DNA of 64,000 nucleotides. Source: Candidatus Iainarchaeum sp. Lineage in GTDB: Archaea > Iainarchaeota > Iainarchaeia > Iainarchaeales > UBA10219. Shown here piece by piece: positions 8,981 through 18,174 of this stretch. The stretch is from assembly GCA_018304425.1 (NCBI GenBank), contig JAGVWE010000002.1, positions 256,001 to 320,000 of the forward strand, in the 5' to 3' direction. Under the pieces are notes generated by a model, which saw only the letters and a program-made list of their open reading frames with translations, was not told where the DNA came from and searched no databases. Each line of letters begins with the position of its first letter. Position 1 is the first letter of the stretch. The position numbers were made by a program, and so were the translations under genes.

Positions 8981-10369
8981 ATGGCTATGAACCTGGCCAC
9001 GCTCAAGAAAGCCGTGCTCAAGAAAGTCAAGCCCTCGGCCGAGGAAGTCGCGGCCGAGCGGAGGATGGCCCATGCCTTGATGGAGGAAATCCGCGGACTA
9101 GAGGGCTCGCACGTGGAAGTCATGCTCTGTGGTTCCCTGGCCCGGGAGACCCACCTCAAGGGAGACCGGGACTTGGACCTCTTCGTGTTGTTCCCGGAAA
9201 GCGTGCCCCGCGAGCGTTTCGTGGAAGAAGGGCTGCGCATCGGGAAAACGATTTTCAGGGGGCATCCGTGGGAGGAAGCCTACTCCGAGCACCCCTACAT
9301 CCGGGGGGAAATCCGGGGCTTCGAAGTCGAGGTCGTGCCCGGCTACAAGGTGAAGAGCGCCGAAAAAATCCAGTCAGCCGTGGATAGAAGCCCCTTCCAC
9401 CAGCGATACCTGGAGAAGCGGTTGACGGGCAGGCTGCGGGACGAGGTGCGGCTGGTGCGGCAGTTCCTCAAAGGCATCAAATGCTATGGCGCGGAATTGA
9501 GGTATGCCAGCGTGCCAGGCTATGTCACGGAACTGCTCGTGCTCAAATACGGGTCGTTCGAGGCCACGGTAAAGGCGATGGCTGCCTGGAGGAAAGGCGA
9601 AGTCATTGACCTCGAAAACCACCGCCCCGCCGAAGACGCGCGGAAAAAGTTCGACGCGCCCTTCATCGTGGTCGACCCCGTGGACCGGGAGCGGAATGTC
9701 GCGGCCGCGCTCTCGCTCAACCAGTTCACGCGCATGATTGCCGCGGCGCGCGCGTTCACGCAGAAGCCGCGGTTGAGCTTCTTCTTTGGGAAGAAGGAAA
9801 AAACCTGGCCGCTCGCGAAAGTCAAGGCCATGCTCCAGAAAACCGAGCTGGCCGGGGTGGAGACCGGCTACCCGAAGGCGGTTTCAGATGTGGTGTGGGG
9901 CCAGTTGCGCAGGTTCGGGAAGAAGCTGGCGAACGAGCTGGGCGAGCTGGACTTCAAGGTTTTACGGCATGACGAGTGGACGGACGAGAAGAAACGCATG
10001 TGCTGTTTGTATGAGCTGGAAGCCGCCACCCTGCAAAAGGCGATGACCCGCACCGGGCCGCCTGTCACCGACCAGGCCAACAGCGCGGCCTTCCTGGCGA
10101 AGCACCAGAAACCCTTGTCCGGGCCCCGCATCGAGGAGGGCAGATGGGTGGTCGAGGTCGAGCGGAAGCACACGCAGGCGAAGACGGCGCTAAAGGAACT
10201 GCTGCAAAAGACCAAGGCGAGCGAGCGGGAGGGCCTGCGGCAGGCGCTGGCGAAGAAGACCCGCGTGCTGGATGAGAAAGCGCTTGTTGAATGGTATACA
10301 AAGGATAAGGAATTCGCCGAGTTCCTGACGGAATTCCTCAAAGGCGAAGAAGACTTTTTGGATTATTGA
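8981..10369 (+). CDS. cca: Archaeal class I CCA-adding enzyme
   Basis: GSLARETHLKGDRDLDLF, YSEHPY, SAVDRSPFH, DPVDRERNVAAA. Confidence 0.97.
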   Translation: MAMNLATLKKAVLKKVKPSAEEVAAERRMAHALMEEIRGLEGSHVEVMLCGSLARETHLKGDRDLDLFVLFPESVPRERFVEEGLRIGKTIFRGHPWEEAYSEHPYIRGEIRGFEVEVVPGYKVKSAEKIQSAVDRSPFHQRYLEKRLTGRLRDEVRLVRQFLKGIKCYGAELRYASVPGYVTELLVLKYGSFEATVKAMAAWRKGEVIDLENHRPAEDARKKFDAPFIVVDPVDRERNVAAALSLNQFTRMIAAARAFTQKPRLSFFFGKKEKTWPLAKVKAMLQKTELAGVETGYPKAVSDVVWGQLRRFGKKLANELGELDFKVLRHDEWTDEKKRMCCLYELEAATLQKAMTRTGPPVTDQANSAAFLAKHQKPLSGPRIEEGRWVVEVERKHTQAKTALKELLQKTKASEREGLRQALAKKTRVLDEKALVEWYTKDKEFAEFLTEFLKGEEDFLDY

Positions 10370-10376
10370 GGAGAAG

Positions 10377-10451
10377 CGGGCCCGGAGGGATTTGAACCCC
10401 CGTCCTCTCGGTCCGAAGCCGAGCGCCATATCCTGACTAGACCACGGGCCC
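10377..10451 (-). tRNA. tRNA-Arg(TCG)
   Basis: Cloverleaf: acceptor GGGCCCG/CGGGCCC, anticodon arm CTCGG-CTTCGGA-CCGAG, T-loop TTCAAAT; CCA not encoded. Confidence 0.95.
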
Positions 10452-11200
10452 TAATATAATGACTCCACGTCCAAAGCCTTATCTAGGATTTGTTTACGCT
10501 GCGCATAGGTCGTATAAGGCGGACAGTGCCCATATTCGCTCCAAATGAGGAATCTACTCAGTTTAGAGGGGTTGGCAAATCCGATGTCTTTAATCCAGTG
10601 CAGTAGGTTCTCAGTCCCAGACATGAGAATACGGTGGTCGGCACCCCAATTTGTGTTTCGGCGTGGAAAAATGTATGCCTGATAGTTAAAGTTCAAAGCA
10701 CTAAGTAATTTTTGAACTCCCTCAAATAGTGGCTTGGAGATAACACTTAGGCCGAGAACGGGATAGCAGTTGTGAGTTTTCCTATATTCCGAATAGCTTT
10801 CTCCTTTTTGACGTTTGAAATGAATGAAACCGTCTGTGTCAAATAACCCCCGCAAAAAACGTTTATAGAATTCTGGGTCGTGCGAATCGAAAATGAACTT
10901 AGGAATCTCGACTATTGCTGATTTGGCGCCAAAAGGGAATCCAAGCGAATGCATGAATGAACATATTTTCTTTCCGCAAATTGAGCATCCGTACGTATTC
11001 CTGGAAGGAAAATACTTAGCGCGGATTTCTTTTTCGAAGACTCGCTGAAACAGGAGGACAATGTGTTCATCGTAATAGGGTCTTTCTTCCACGTGTCCGC
11101 TAATGTCGAGTTCGTAATGGCCGCCACGTCCACGCATATACCCATCCCCCGCATGGATGCCGCAGATTTCGGCCAAGTCCGCGCTCAACTCGAAGCCCAT
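10451..11200 (-). CDS. Free-standing two-motif LAGLIDADG (DOD-type) endonuclease-like protein
   Basis: LAEICGIHAGDG and FLRGLFDTDG motifs; visibly lower GC than its neighbours. Confidence 0.9.
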   Translation of the reverse strand: MGFELSADLAEICGIHAGDGYMRGRGGHYELDISGHVEERPYYDEHIVLLFQRVFEKEIRAKYFPSRNTYGCSICGKKICSFMHSLGFPFGAKSAIVEIPKFIFDSHDPEFYKRFLRGLFDTDGFIHFKRQKGESYSEYRKTHNCYPVLGLSVISKPLFEGVQKLLSALNFNYQAYIFPRRNTNWGADHRILMSGTENLLHWIKDIGFANPSKLSRFLIWSEYGHCPPYTTYAQRKQILDKALDVESLY

Positions 11201-11243
11201 GGAATTATCTGCGTTTGACCCGTTCTTAAAGGCCGGTCGAACG

Positions 11244-11519
11244 GGTGATTTCCGGTGCGAAAGAGGAGTCATAAGGACCCCTCCTTCTTCGTGCAGAGCA
11301 GGTCTGCGAAAGACAAGCCGTCCGAAAAGGGGTTTCCACGGTTGGAGACCTTTGACTCAACGTGATAAAGGTTCAAGCGAACCACCTCCGAAGACGGCTT
11401 GCGGCTTTTGGAGGCATTAAACCCTTTCCACCAACAGGCCGCGTTCGGAGGTGGAAAGGTTTAAGCCGAGAAAAGCCGAGTCGAAGGAGGTAGTGAGCGA
11501 CCTTTATCGCCAGGAGACC
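11244..11519. ncRNA. Unidentified ~280-nt highly structured element
   Basis: Complementary ends, three 5' hairpins and a ~150-nt rod (11362-11510); no credible ORF; family and strand unresolved. Confidence 0.5.
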
Positions 11520-11547
11520 AAAATAGTTAAAGGTTTGGGGCTCCGGC

Positions 11548-12018
11548 TCACGGAGGAGTCAATCGGGCCAGGGCAACCTTGGCAGCCACTGCCACCTGCG
11601 GGTGCTCAGAATTAGATGCCCGGTCGAGAATCTGACGCATGCGGGCAAGAATACTTTCCTCAGCAGGTTTGCCCAACTGCGCCAACCCCCAGGCGGCTGT
11701 GAACTGGACCGGCAGATGGCCGTTACTCAACCCCTCGATCAACTGTTCACGACCCGCAGCGTTACCGAAATGGGCGAGGACGGCAGCAAGATGCACGCGC
11801 CTAGCAGGATCCCTTACATAACGTTTGCGTTGCAAGGCATCAAAAACTAGTTTCTCGGCCCTTTCACGACCAGCTGCGATCAAGGCAGCTGTCGCAGTTG
11901 CCCTCGTTGCTGGACTCAATTGCCCCAAATTATGGATTTCCGACATTAGTGGATGGCTCTCGTGGGGCCAAGGGGGAGCAGCGGCACCGGGTCTAGCAGG
12001 CCTGCGTTCGGGCGACAT
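11548..12018 (-). CDS. HEAT-repeat-like orphan protein
   Basis: Repeated VxxxAAxxLxxxG helices. Confidence 0.65.
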   Translation of the reverse strand: MSPERRPARPGAAAPPWPHESHPLMSEIHNLGQLSPATRATATAALIAAGRERAEKLVFDALQRKRYVRDPARRVHLAAVLAHFGNAAGREQLIEGLSNGHLPVQFTAAWGLAQLGKPAEESILARMRQILDRASNSEHPQVAVAAKVALARLTPP

Positions 12019-12060
12019 ATACTATCTGGAGTGGACGTGGAATAAATAGGTTTGCCCGGC

Positions 12061-13248
12061 TTATAAAACCTTGAGCCGCTTCCCGACCTTTTCGAAGACG
12101 GCCAGGGCTTGGTTCAAGTCCTTCTGCGTGAAGGCCGCGTTCATCTGCGTCCGGATGCGTGCCTTGTCCTTGGCCACCATGGGGAAAACGATGGGAACCC
12201 CGAAGACGCCTTCCTTGAACAACTCGCGCGAGAACTCCTGCGCGCGGTTGCTGTCGCCCAACATCACGGGAATAATTGGTGTTTGGCTCTTGCCCGTGTC
12301 AAAGCCCAGTTGCTGGAGGCCCTTGCGAAAGAACTCGGTGTTCTTCCAGAGCCGGGGCACGATTTTCTTGTCCCTCTCAAGGACTTGCAAGGCAGCCGTG
12401 CAGGCCGCGACCGTGGCAGGGGGCGCGGAACCACTCAACAGCCAGCTGCGCGACTTGTTGTACGCGTACTCGCAGACCGCTTGAGAGCCACAAGCATAGC
12501 CGCCCATGACGCCAAAGGCCTTGGAGAAGGTGCCGACTTCGACGTCGATTTTGCCGGTCAAGCCAAAGTGATGGGTTACGCCGCGGCCCTGCGGGCCGAG
12601 GACTCCGTCGCCATGCGCGTCATCCACATAGGTAATGCAATTGAATTGCTCCGCGAGCTTCACGATGCCGGGCAAGGGCGCGATGTCGCCATCCATGGAG
12701 AAAACCCCGTCCGTGACTATGAACGTGCGCTTGAAGTTCTTGGACGCGTTCTCCTTCAGGACGCGTTCCAGGTCGGCCACGTCATTGTGCTGGTAAACGG
12801 CTTTCTCGGCCTTTGACAAGCGGATGCCATCGATGATGCTGCCATGGTTGAGCTGGTCGCTGATGACCAAATCCCCTTCGGCGAGGATGGCCGGGAGCAG
12901 GCCCGCGTTGGCGGCGAACCCGGTCTGGAAGTAAATGGCTGAATTCGTGTGCTTGAATTTCGCGATTTGCCGGTCGAGCTTGATGTGCAAGTCCATGGTG
13001 CCCGCAATGGCGGGAACCGAACCCGAGCCCGCCCCATATTTCTTCACGGCTGCTACCGCGGCTGCCTTGACCTTGGGGTGGTTGCTCAAGCCCAAGTAAT
13101 TGTTGGCTGCCAAGAGGAGGACCTGCTTGCCGTCCACCCGGGCGCGGGGCTGGGAAGGGCCCTGGAGCTGCCTACGCGTCCAATAGAGGCCGGAAGCCTT
13201 CAAATCAGCCACTTGCTGGGCCAAAAAGCCTTCGAATGCCGCGTTCAT
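12061..13248 (-). CDS. kbl: Glycine C-acetyltransferase (2-amino-3-ketobutyrate CoA ligase)
   Basis: ANNYLGL, DGVFSMDG, DDAHG, PLP lysine in GTFSKAFG; adjacent to tdh. Confidence 0.92.
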   Translation of the reverse strand: MNAAFEGFLAQQVADLKASGLYWTRRQLQGPSQPRARVDGKQVLLLAANNYLGLSNHPKVKAAAVAAVKKYGAGSGSVPAIAGTMDLHIKLDRQIAKFKHTNSAIYFQTGFAANAGLLPAILAEGDLVISDQLNHGSIIDGIRLSKAEKAVYQHNDVADLERVLKENASKNFKRTFIVTDGVFSMDGDIAPLPGIVKLAEQFNCITYVDDAHGDGVLGPQGRGVTHHFGLTGKIDVEVGTFSKAFGVMGGYACGSQAVCEYAYNKSRSWLLSGSAPPATVAACTAALQVLERDKKIVPRLWKNTEFFRKGLQQLGFDTGKSQTPIIPVMLGDSNRAQEFSRELFKEGVFGVPIVFPMVAKDKARIRTQMNAAFTQKDLNQALAVFEKVGKRLKVL

Positions 13249-13264
13249 CGAACCCCTCCCGGTC

Positions 13265-14302
13265 TCACTTGCCGTCCACGTGCATGATGATTTTGCCGGA
13301 GTTGCCGGAATTCATCAAGTCAAAGCCCTTCCGCCAGTCGCTGAACTGGATGCGGTGGGTGATGATGTTGGAAACATCGAGTGCCCCTCCCTTGATGAGG
13401 CCCGCCATCTTGTACCAGGTCTCGTACATGCGTCTCCCGGTGATGCCCAAAACCGTTGCCCCCTTGAAGATGATGTCGTTGGGCAGGTCCAGGGCAACCG
13501 GCTCCGAGGGCAAGCCGAACAAGGAGATTCTGCCAGCATCCCGCAGGGCCTTGAAAGCGGATTTGACGGCCGACGGGTTGCCGGAGTTTTCCAACACGAC
13601 TTCGGCGCCCAAGCCATTGGTCTGGTCCTTGATTTCCTTGGCCACGTCGGTTTCCTTTGGGTTGAAGACGTGCTTGGCCCCGATTTTCTTGGCGAGCTTC
13701 AAGCGGTAATCGGAGACGTCGCTGGCAAAGATTTCGGCGGCGCCGGCGGCTTTCGCGACTGCGATGGCCATCAAGCCTGCGGGCCCGCAGCCGAACACGG
13801 CCACGGTTTTCCCCGCGACCTCGGTTTGGAGGGTGGTGTGCACCGCGTTGCCGAGGGGCTCCATGATGCAACCGGCTTCCCAGGAAATGTGTTTGCCGTG
13901 CTTCCAGACGCAGATGTCCGGGACGCTCACGTATTCGGCGAAGCCCCCGTTGGTGTCAACGCCCAAGATTTTCACGTTGCTGCAGACGTGCGCGTTGCCG
14001 GTGCGGCATTGGTAGCAGGCCTTGCAGATGATGTGGCTTTCCGCGGAGACGTGGTCGCCTTCCCGGATGTAAACGACTTCTTCGCCGACTTTCTCGACCA
14101 CGCCCGTGAACTCGTGGCCCATGATGAGGGGTGGCTTGATACGGTTCTGGCTCCACTTGTCCCAGTTGAAGATGTGCAGGTCGGTGCCGCAAATCGAGGC
14201 ATACTTGACTTTGATGAGGACGTCTCTCGGCCCCACGGCCGGCATGTCCACCCGACGCAGGTCGAAGCCGGGAGAGGCATTGGGTTTGACGATTGCTTGC
14301 AT
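13265..14302 (-). CDS. tdh: L-threonine 3-dehydrogenase
   Basis: ICGTDLHI, GHEF, structural Zn cysteines, ITGRRMYETW. Confidence 0.95.
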   Translation of the reverse strand: MQAIVKPNASPGFDLRRVDMPAVGPRDVLIKVKYASICGTDLHIFNWDKWSQNRIKPPLIMGHEFTGVVEKVGEEVVYIREGDHVSAESHIICKACYQCRTGNAHVCSNVKILGVDTNGGFAEYVSVPDICVWKHGKHISWEAGCIMEPLGNAVHTTLQTEVAGKTVAVFGCGPAGLMAIAVAKAAGAAEIFASDVSDYRLKLAKKIGAKHVFNPKETDVAKEIKDQTNGLGAEVVLENSGNPSAVKSAFKALRDAGRISLFGLPSEPVALDLPNDIIFKGATVLGITGRRMYETWYKMAGLIKGGALDVSNIITHRIQFSDWRKGFDLMNSGNSGKIIMHVDGK

Positions 14303-14499
14303 CTTGTGAATGAAGGATCCCTCCAAAAGGAAAACGAAAAAAAAGTGGTGGTTCTGACTAATCTCGGAGGGCTAAGCTTAAAAACGAAACGGCGGTTGCC
14401 TGAATTAATTCTGTCAATTGACGTGAAAACGAGTGAGTGTGGTTTTTTAAAGCTAATCCTGGAAGAAATAGGTATTTCCTGTTTTTTGGAGGAACGCGA

Positions 14500-14655
14500 A
14501 TGAAGGCCTGCATGAGCTGCAATAAAGAGGTTTCAGGGGACTACCTGGAGTTCAAGTGCCCGAAGTGCTTGAAGTCGACCATGGTCCGATGCGATCACTG
14601 CCGGGTTACGTCCAAGGAATACAAGTGCGTTAACTGCGGGTTTGAAGGCCCTTAA
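14500..14655 (+). CDS. Small double Zn-ribbon protein (DUF1610-like)
   Basis: Four CxxC motifs, ends CGFEGP; GGAGG RBS; usual neighbour of EF-1beta. Confidence 0.9.
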   Translation: MKACMSCNKEVSGDYLEFKCPKCLKSTMVRCDHCRVTSKEYKCVNCGFEGP

Positions 14656-14669
14656 ACGGGTGCAAGGCC

Positions 14670-14933
14670 ATGGGTTCCAAGATTCTGGTTGTTTTCAAGG
14701 TCTTTCCGGAGGGCCCGGACGAAGTGGCTTCCGTCAAGGAAGGCGTGAAAGGGGTCAAGGCAGGGGAATTCAAGGACCTCAAAGCCGAGCCCCTGGCCTT
14801 CGGCCTCGAAGTCATCAAGGTGGCCTATGTCATCCCCGACAAAACCGATGGCGCCATGGAAGCCCTGGAAACCGCGGTCAAAGGCGTCAAAGGCGTGAAC
14901 CAGGTAGAGGTTGAAGCCGTCACCCTCCTGTGA
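14670..14933 (+). CDS. ef1b: Translation elongation factor 1-beta
   Basis: KVFPE and EPLAFGL motifs, 87 aa. Confidence 0.92.
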   Translation: MGSKILVVFKVFPEGPDEVASVKEGVKGVKAGEFKDLKAEPLAFGLEVIKVAYVIPDKTDGAMEALETAVKGVKGVNQVEVEAVTLL

Positions 14934-14972
14934 AGCGGTTTAAATTAGGTTTCGCGGACTAATTCTCTTGAC

Positions 14973-17042
14973 ATGATCAAGCGCGTGCAGTTGCAGAACT
15001 GGCGGACCCACAAGGACTCGGAGTTCGAGTTCAGCCGGGGGACGAATGTCCTGGTCGGCCCGATGGGCGCGGGCAAAAGCTCCGTCATGAGCGGCATCTG
15101 CTTCGCCTTGTTTGGCACCTTTCCTGAAGTCGTGGCCCGAGACCTCAAACTAGAGGAAGTCATTACGTCCAAGCCCCATCCCGCGGAGTACGCGCGCGTG
15201 AAAGTCGAGTTCGATTACGGCGGGGAAGAGTACGCGGTGGAGCGCACGATTCACCGCAAGGGCACCAACGAGGGAAAGCTCTACCGCGCCGGCAAACTGA
15301 TTGCCGGGCCCAAGACCACGGAGGCTACGAAGCGGCTCGAGGAAATCCTGGAAATGGATTACGACCTGTTCTCGCGCGCGGTTTACTCGGAGCAAAACCA
15401 GTTGGACTACTTCCTGCGGTTGAGCGCCTCGCAACGCAAGGAGAAATTCGACGAGCTGCTAGAAATCAACAAGTACGAGCGCGTGCGCGGCAACGCCGTA
15501 AGTGTCGGGAACCGGGTCCGGAGGCTCGCGGAGGACCGGAAGGAGTTCCTGCGGCGGCTGCGCGAGCGCCTCCCCCAAGGGGGCGAGCACGGGCTCCTGG
15601 AAACCAAGAAGAACCTGGAGCAAAAGGAAAGGCAGGCGGCCGAGCAGGCCGGGAAACTGGAGGCCGAGAAAAAGAACGTGCTGGGGTTGGAGAAGAGCGT
15701 GGCTGCGCTCGCCGAGCGGGAGCGGGCCTTCAAGGCGTTGAAGGAAAAGGCCGTCAAGGAACGGGCGCGCGCCACCGAGGCGGCGCGGAACCTGCGGGAA
15801 GTCGAGCGGGAAGCCAGGGGCGTTTCCCTGGAGGCCAGCAAGCAGCGGTTGAAGGAATTGGAGGCGGAGGTCCGACAAGCGCGGGAAAAAGCAGCGGCCC
15901 ACGAAAAGGAGGCAGAGGCCAGGGAGGCGGAGCGCACGGCCCTGTTGCAGGTAGCGGCAGGCAACCAGCGGGAAATCGAGCGGCTGGAGAAGGCCGGCAA
16001 GGCGTTGCGGGAGGCCAAAGCCAACTGCCCGGTGTGCAAGGCCGGCCTCGAAGCCCACGCCAAGCATGCGTTGCTCAAGGAATACGAGGCCGAGGCCCTG
16101 GAATTGGAGCGCAAGAACACTGGATTGAACGAGCACGGCCGGAAGATGGAGCAGGAAAAGCAGCGACTCCGCGGCGAGGCCAAGGAGTGCCTGCGCCGGG
16201 CCGACAGGTGCCTGGAAGAAAAAGGAAGTGTGGAGCGGCAGCTTGTTTCAGTTGAGCGGCTGGAGAAGGCGCGCGCGGAAGGGGTTGAACTCGAAAGAGA
16301 GGCCGCAAGGGCCGAACGGGAACTGGCGGCCATGAAGTTCGACGAGGAAAGGCTGGGAGACGAGCGCGAAAAACTGGCCACGGCGCGGGAGAAAGTGCTT
16401 TCCCTGGAACAGGGGCTGCGTTCGGTCAAGGAACTCGCGCGCGAAATCGGTTTGAGGGTCAAGGAATTCGAGGAACAGAAGAAGCAGGCCGGCGAACTCG
16501 AGGCAGAGGTGACGGCGCTGGAGGCGGTGGCTGGAAAGCTTGCGGTGTTCACGAACGCCTTGAAGGCCACGCAGGCCGAGCTCAGGGAGAGCCTCATCAA
16601 CACCGTCAACGAGGCCATGGCCGACGTCTGGGAAAAGATTTACCCGTACGGGGATTACCGGAGTTGCCGCATTGAAATCCAGGAAGGCAGCTACGAAGTC
16701 ATGGTGCAGGAGCGCGGCGGAAAATGGGTGCGGGTCGAAGGCATCCTGTCGGGAGGCGAGCGGAGCGCCGTGGCGATTACCCTGCGGGTGGCTGTTTCCC
16801 TCGTGCTGGCGCAGAACCTTTCATGGCTCATCCTGGACGAGCCCACCCACAACCTGGACGCGAATACCGTGGAACGGTTCAGCGAGATGATGAAAACGCA
16901 TCTGCCGAGCCTGGTGGACCAGGTGTTTGTCATCACGCATGACAAGCAGATGGAGAAAGCCGCGTCCGCCAGCCTCTACGTGCTGGAACGGGAAAAAGAA
17001 ACCGATGGCGCGACCAAACCCATGCTGGCGCACGCGGAATGA
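14973..17042 (+). CDS. rad50: Rad50-like SMC ATPase
   Basis: Walker A GPMGAGKS, coiled coil with CPVC hook, LSGGE, LILDEPT, VITH. Confidence 0.92.
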   Translation: MIKRVQLQNWRTHKDSEFEFSRGTNVLVGPMGAGKSSVMSGICFALFGTFPEVVARDLKLEEVITSKPHPAEYARVKVEFDYGGEEYAVERTIHRKGTNEGKLYRAGKLIAGPKTTEATKRLEEILEMDYDLFSRAVYSEQNQLDYFLRLSASQRKEKFDELLEINKYERVRGNAVSVGNRVRRLAEDRKEFLRRLRERLPQGGEHGLLETKKNLEQKERQAAEQAGKLEAEKKNVLGLEKSVAALAERERAFKALKEKAVKERARATEAARNLREVEREARGVSLEASKQRLKELEAEVRQAREKAAAHEKEAEAREAERTALLQVAAGNQREIERLEKAGKALREAKANCPVCKAGLEAHAKHALLKEYEAEALELERKNTGLNEHGRKMEQEKQRLRGEAKECLRRADRCLEEKGSVERQLVSVERLEKARAEGVELEREAARAERELAAMKFDEERLGDEREKLATAREKVLSLEQGLRSVKELAREIGLRVKEFEEQKKQAGELEAEVTALEAVAGKLAVFTNALKATQAELRESLINTVNEAMADVWEKIYPYGDYRSCRIEIQEGSYEVMVQERGGKWVRVEGILSGGERSAVAITLRVAVSLVLAQNLSWLILDEPTHNLDANTVERFSEMMKTHLPSLVDQVFVITHDKQMEKAASASLYVLEREKETDGATKPMLAHAE

Positions 17043-17092
17043 GCTGGCGGCATGTTTAAATATATGTAGCTACACCGTATATACGTGGTCGC

Positions 17093-17320
17093 GTGTATTA
17101 CGAGCGCATCGTGTTGACGTCCCACGCACGGAAGCGATTGCACCGCATCGGGTTCGCCAACGTCTTTGAGCTCGTAAAGCATGGGAAAATCATTAGGAGA
17201 CCGAAAAAAGATGGGGAACCCGGCACCCTGCAAGTAAGCGGCTCCAAACGCACGGTTCTAATGGAATTCGTGCTGTGGAAAAACGAGTTAATCATCAAAA
17301 CGGTCAAGACGAAGGGATAA
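17093..17320 (+). CDS. Putative RelE/DUF4258-like toxin
   Basis: LTSHARKRL start and IIKTV end; paired with a Zn-finger/AbrB gene. Confidence 0.6.
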   Translation: MYYERIVLTSHARKRLHRIGFANVFELVKHGKIIRRPKKDGEPGTLQVSGSKRTVLMEFVLWKNELIIKTVKTKG

Positions 17321-17323
17321 ACC

Positions 17324-17653
17324 ATGAAAAGATACTGTGTGAACTGTGAAAGTGAAACCGAGATGAGGGAACGACTAGAAGACCTGGACGCGGACACGGG
17401 CGTGTTCGTGCGGGCCAGCGTATGCACCCGGTGCGGGGAAAGCTACACGGACGCCCACGAATTCGAGCGCGCGGAAAAAGAATTCAAGGCGAAAAACGTG
17501 TTGGTGTTCGAGAAGAAAATCGTGAAACTCGGCAACTCGCTCGGCCTGTGGCTGCCAAAGGAAATCTCTAAAGCCGCGCGCGTTGGCGAAAACAAGGCAG
17601 TCAGGGTATATGTTGACAACCAACGCAGAATCATTGTGGAAGCGGCGCGATAG
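17324..17653 (+). CDS. Putative antitoxin: MqsA-type Zn finger plus AbrB-like domain
   Basis: CVNC...CTRCGESY, then KLGNSLGLWLPKEI. Confidence 0.75.
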   Translation: MKRYCVNCESETEMRERLEDLDADTGVFVRASVCTRCGESYTDAHEFERAEKEFKAKNVLVFEKKIVKLGNSLGLWLPKEISKAARVGENKAVRVYVDNQRRIIVEAAR

Positions 17654-17655
17654 AA

Positions 17656-17856
17656 CTAGTTCGCGGCTTTCTTGGCTTGCTTGAATTTCCTGGTCATGAA
17701 GCCCGCGATGAGGTTGCGGTTGGTTTTGGGGAGCGGCAAGCCCAGGGAGTTGAGCAGGGCCTTGTTTTGGTCGAAGCTGTCCGTGACCTTGTCCGGAAAG
17801 TATTTCTGGATTTCCTCTGCCTTTGCCTTGATTCCCTTTGGAACGGCTTTACCCAT
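17656..17856 (-). CDS. rps17e: Ribosomal protein eS17
   Basis: FDQNK and RNLIAGFMTR motifs. Confidence 0.92.
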   Translation of the reverse strand: MGKAVPKGIKAKAEEIQKYFPDKVTDSFDQNKALLNSLGLPLPKTNRNLIAGFMTRKFKQAKKAAN

Positions 17857-17866
17857 ATGCATTCCC

Positions 17867-18073
17867 TCAGAATACTTCTATACGCGTAATCAAGCCGTCC
17901 GGGAATTCCCGCAAAACGGCGAGCGGCAGCACCTGTTCCTGGAGTTCAAGCCGGGCAATGTCCAAGGCCGTTGAATATTTGGGGGCCTTGACCAGTACCG
18001 GCGCGCCCAAAGACAATTGGAGGGCACGCGCGGAAATCAACCGGGTGCGTTCGAATCGCGTGAGTGCTTCCAT
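17867..18073 (-). CDS. rpoK: RNA polymerase subunit Rpo6 (K)
   Basis: LTRFERTRLISARALQLSLGAP. Confidence 0.95.
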   Translation of the reverse strand: MEALTRFERTRLISARALQLSLGAPVLVKAPKYSTALDIARLELQEQVLPLAVLREFPDGLITRIEVF

Positions 18074-18174
18074 GCCAACCACGAAAAAGGAGACCCCCTA
18101 ATGGAGGCTCTAATTACTTGCCACCGCAAACGTTTAATAAGGTATTGCCGGGCGGGCCAGGGTGGGGCCTGGCT

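Noticed and set aside
10451-11200. Intein or intron-encoded ORF
   Set aside because: No N-terminal Cys/Ser splicing block, no C-terminal HN, no interrupted host gene, and the adjacent tRNA is complete.
11244-11519. RNase P RNA, group I or group II intron call
   Set aside because: No GAGGAAAGUCC or ACAGAA..GGCUUA pair. The P3/P7-like order lacks J8/7 and P4-P6. A GTGCG is present but there is no domain V. Left unassigned.
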